NCBI GenBank assembly: GCA_001780035.1
Contig: MFEY01000004.1
Location: forward strand, 81,405 to 145,404
Reading direction: 5' to 3'
Length of the DNA stretch: 64,000 bases
Source: Candidatus Doudnabacteria bacterium RIFCSPHIGHO2_12_FULL_48_16
GTDB taxonomy: Bacteria; Patescibacteriota; Doudnabacteria; UBA920; O2-02-FULL-48-8
Shown here: piece by piece, positions 62,701 through 64,000 of the stretch
How positions within the stretch are numbered: the first letter of the stretch is position 1
Layout: every line of letters begins with the position of its first letter
Position numbers and translations under genes: made by a program
Notes under the pieces: model-generated
What the model saw: only the letters and a program-made list of their open reading frames with translations
What the model was told of the DNA's origin: nothing
The model's database searches: none

Positions 62701-64000
62701 TCCAAAGGATTGATCGGATCCGTCGTCCCGATACCGACGTTGCCGGAACTTTCTATCCTCATCCTCTCCACTGCCGCCGAGGTAGTGGCTGTGCCGAATA
62801 CCAAGGCCGTGCTGTTGACTGTGGCGCTAAAAGTCGCTTCTGCTTCTGCCCAGATTCCAGCACCGGCGAGTATTGCATCAGAGCCATCGGATTCTAATGG
62901 TGAATTGAAATTGATTCTTCCTAGTTGATCATCATCAATGATGGTGAGTTCCTTGGTGGATAAAGTGAGAATACCTGCGCTTGTTGCTCCTGTGCCTACT
63001 GGTCCTTGGACGTCGAGAAGGGATTGCGGGACGGTGGTATTGATGCCGACGTTGCCATCCTTAGTCAGACGCATCTTTTCGGTTGGAGAGGTATCACCGG
63101 TTTCCCAAGCGAAGTATCCACCGCCTGCCGCAAACGAACCACTCGTCTGAATCTTCGTTCTGAAAACAAGACCTGCGCCAGAACCGTTCGGACGAAGCAT
63201 CTCCATCTCTGATGTGGCCAACTTCAGGCCGTAAGTTGTACTCGGAGCGCTGAGAATCAGGCCGAACTGCCCGACCGTGTCGGTCGTGTTGATATCTAGT
63301 TTCTGGCTTGGGTCTGTTCTCCCGATGCCGACTTCACCAGTGCCTAAGATCGTCATGCGGGCCGTATTGGCCGTGCCGAAATGGATATTCTTATTTGTGC
63401 TTAAAGTACTGGCATACAAGATGGTGTCGTAAGCGCTACTACCCGGAAGCAGTGCGCCAGCAGAGCTACCCTCAACTGCCAAATAACCGTTGTTGCCCGT
63501 ATTGGCAAATCCTAATACCACTCCGTTAGTTCCAGTAGTTGAAGTTATTTGCACCCGGCCGGTTGCCGCCTGAACTTCCAGCGGGAAGACTGGATTCGTC
63601 GTCCCGATACCCACATTCCCTCCCAAGAATGCTGCGGCATAGTTGTTGGTTGCGCCAGTTGGAGTATTAACTGTCAGGCCGTAAGAATTAGTGGCGGTAG
63701 AGACAGCGGTAACAGGAATTAAAATTCCATGAGTATTGGTGAGAGCCACATTAGTGGATTTGATTGGGTTGGCCACGATCAGACCAGCGGCATCTGTGAC
63801 GGTCTGGTTGATATTAGTGCCAGCCAAAGTCATGGCACCAATCTGAGCGCCGTAGAAGGTAGCGTAAGTAGTCGGGTCAGCGCCAGAGAGAGTGACTGTG
63901 TGTGCTCTTTGAGTGATACCGGAAACCCCGGCGGCGGCAAAGGTGGCTGTTGGGAGAATGTCGAGTTTGGAAGCCGGGCTTGCTGTGCCGATACCGATAT
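59793..64000 (-). CDS. giant tandem-repeat surface/fibre-like protein. It is N-terminally incomplete: the ORF stays open to the window edge.
   Basis: At least four repeats of about 165 aa (…AGVSGITQRAHTITLSGADPTTYATFYGAQIGAVTLVGTNINQTVTDAAGLIVANPIKSTNVALTNTHGILIP…GGNVGIGTT). It has a C-terminal globular region and an acidic S/P/E-rich tail. Region 63834-64000 continues the repeat in frame with no stop codon. Confidence 0.5.
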   Translation of the reverse strand, partial: IGIGTASPASKLDILPTATFAAAGVSGITQRAHTVTLSGADPTTYATFYGAQIGAMTLAGTNINQTVTDAAGLIVANPIKSTNVALTNTHGILIPVTAVSTATNSYGLTVNTPTGATNNYAAAFLGGNVGIGTTNPVFPLEVQAATGRVQITSTTGTNGVVLGFANTGNNGYLAVEGSSAGALLPGSSAYDTILYASTLSTNKNIHFGTANTARMTILGTGEVGIGRTDPSQKLDINTTDTVGQFGLILSAPSTTYGLKLATSEMEMLRPNGSGAGLVFRTKIQTSGSFAAGGGYFAWETGDTSPTEKMRLTKDGNVGINTTVPQSLLDVQGPVGTGATSAGILTLSTKELTIIDDDQLGRINFNSPLESDGSDAILAGAGIWAEAEATFSATVNSTALVFGTATTSAAVERMRIESSGNVGIGTTDPINPLDVVGIISSSDVAGGSPRIAWRQGSTLGGADNNYAEILIDGAGGTDDVLFRTYYSSVYHNIWQVPRDTENFIVPSGNVGIGTSVPASKLDILSTGTFAAAGVSGITQRAHTITLSGADPTTYATFYGAQIGAVTLVGTNINQTVTDAAGLIVANPIKSTNVALTNTHGILIPATAVSTATNSYGLTVNASTGATNNYAAAFLGGNVGIGTTNPAQLLHVYSSSTTTRAVSRTQGLVTQAANTDYAKISLMGASSIEAGIVAQYDHATSAYSKLLFQTDGAAGTGTRMTIDSAGLVGIGTTTPGTKLHLSLGADVTGEAFRIGAAATAATRFSITVDGTNTDVNAATGNNLRLGTSGAGSGVLTILNGGNVGIGTTAPASKLDILSTGTFAAAGVSGITQRAHTVTLSGADPTTYATFYGAQIGAMTLVGTNANQTVTDAAGLIVANPIKSTNVAITNSHGILVPVTAVSTATNAYGLTVNTPTGAGANYAAAFLGGNVGIGSTSPRGKLDVDSSGDIWLADSGTNASGAFYAVGNIYMVPISGGDITYLQARRSDSSGTTALRLRTYNAGVLTEAMHITGAGNVGIGETSPTTGKLVINQTDAANLEGIYINTEESTDAQSVFSIESDSTVGSGVDTVHFKITADGSVYSDANVYSTPADVAEMYYTQGSPQPGEVVEMVATSSNDDGFAVAPATGAHTLIGVISTAPGPVMNYDWKNPGKLALQKPVALVGRVPVKVSEENGQIHAGDRLTVSSQLPGYAAKMTESGQSIGIALEDSQGGTEGLDSVLVFVNLGYQHIDVAQDLSGQLISLAQDLDGNGHAFVNVKSIAGLQGKWSIGEDGTIVAVRLCLEDVCIDKNQLQTLLQNAGLNSQTTDNSEQGTVSGDSTSGGEETPPAEEPPVEESQPSSDASASVETTDGQAGGQAGSQTGDSETSSELPSGEDVTPSADSGTPPPADLPAGEAGEPVAP

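Overview
This window looks like a low-GC (about 45% by eye) chromosome segment from a Patescibacteria/CPR-type bacterium, though the taxonomic assignment is an inference. Most genes are on the minus strand. Native genes lack Shine-Dalgarno sequences, and there are many small secreted or membrane-anchored proteins.

Contents, in order along the window:
- a Clp/Hsp100 C-terminal fragment and ComF;
- a MacAB-type ABC exporter with an HlyD adaptor and a small secreted protein;
- two ECF sigma / anti-sigma-like modules and a PaaX-like regulator gene behind a 26-bp perfect palindromic operator;
- three tRNAs (Ser-GCU, Ser-UGA, Arg) and two GIY-YIG genes;
- RecG;
- a roughly 14-kb type IV secretion-like locus: a VirB4-like ATPase, a VirB3-like small membrane protein, a VirB6-like 1006-aa membrane protein, an M15/LAS peptidoglycan hydrolase, and large secreted proteins. 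A PIN nuclease gene and two four-helix-bundle (23S-IVS/Avd-like) genes are interleaved in this locus;
- RsmA, PcrA/UvrD and a LysM-M23 peptidase;
- two tandem giant Ig-like surface proteins;
- a roughly 2.6-kb GC-rich (over 60% by eye) island whose three secreted-protein or lipoprotein genes carry strong SD sites, unlike native genes;
- a housekeeping block: recO, ileS, argS, smpB, tmRNA, infC-rpmI-rplT, an M24 peptidase and an O-antigen-ligase/TPR protein;
- a tandem-repeat fibre-like protein of more than 1,400 aa that runs off the window edge.

The most unusual feature is in the housekeeping block. It is saturated with four related families of TIR-flanked, GC-rich double-hairpin elements (MITE-like). 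Two full-length copies of about 480 bp each enclose a DUF559 endonuclease gene. This suggests an undescribed DUF559-encoding mobile-element family with miniature derivatives.

Other notable observations:
- a complete histidine-phosphatase domain is inserted inside IleS;
- in-frame palindromic and short-tandem-repeat insertions occur in rsmA, ileS and argS;
- a 27-bp direct repeat of the tmRNA 3' end lies 128 bp from the tmRNA gene;
- a conserved structured element of about 105 nt is present twice near the window start.
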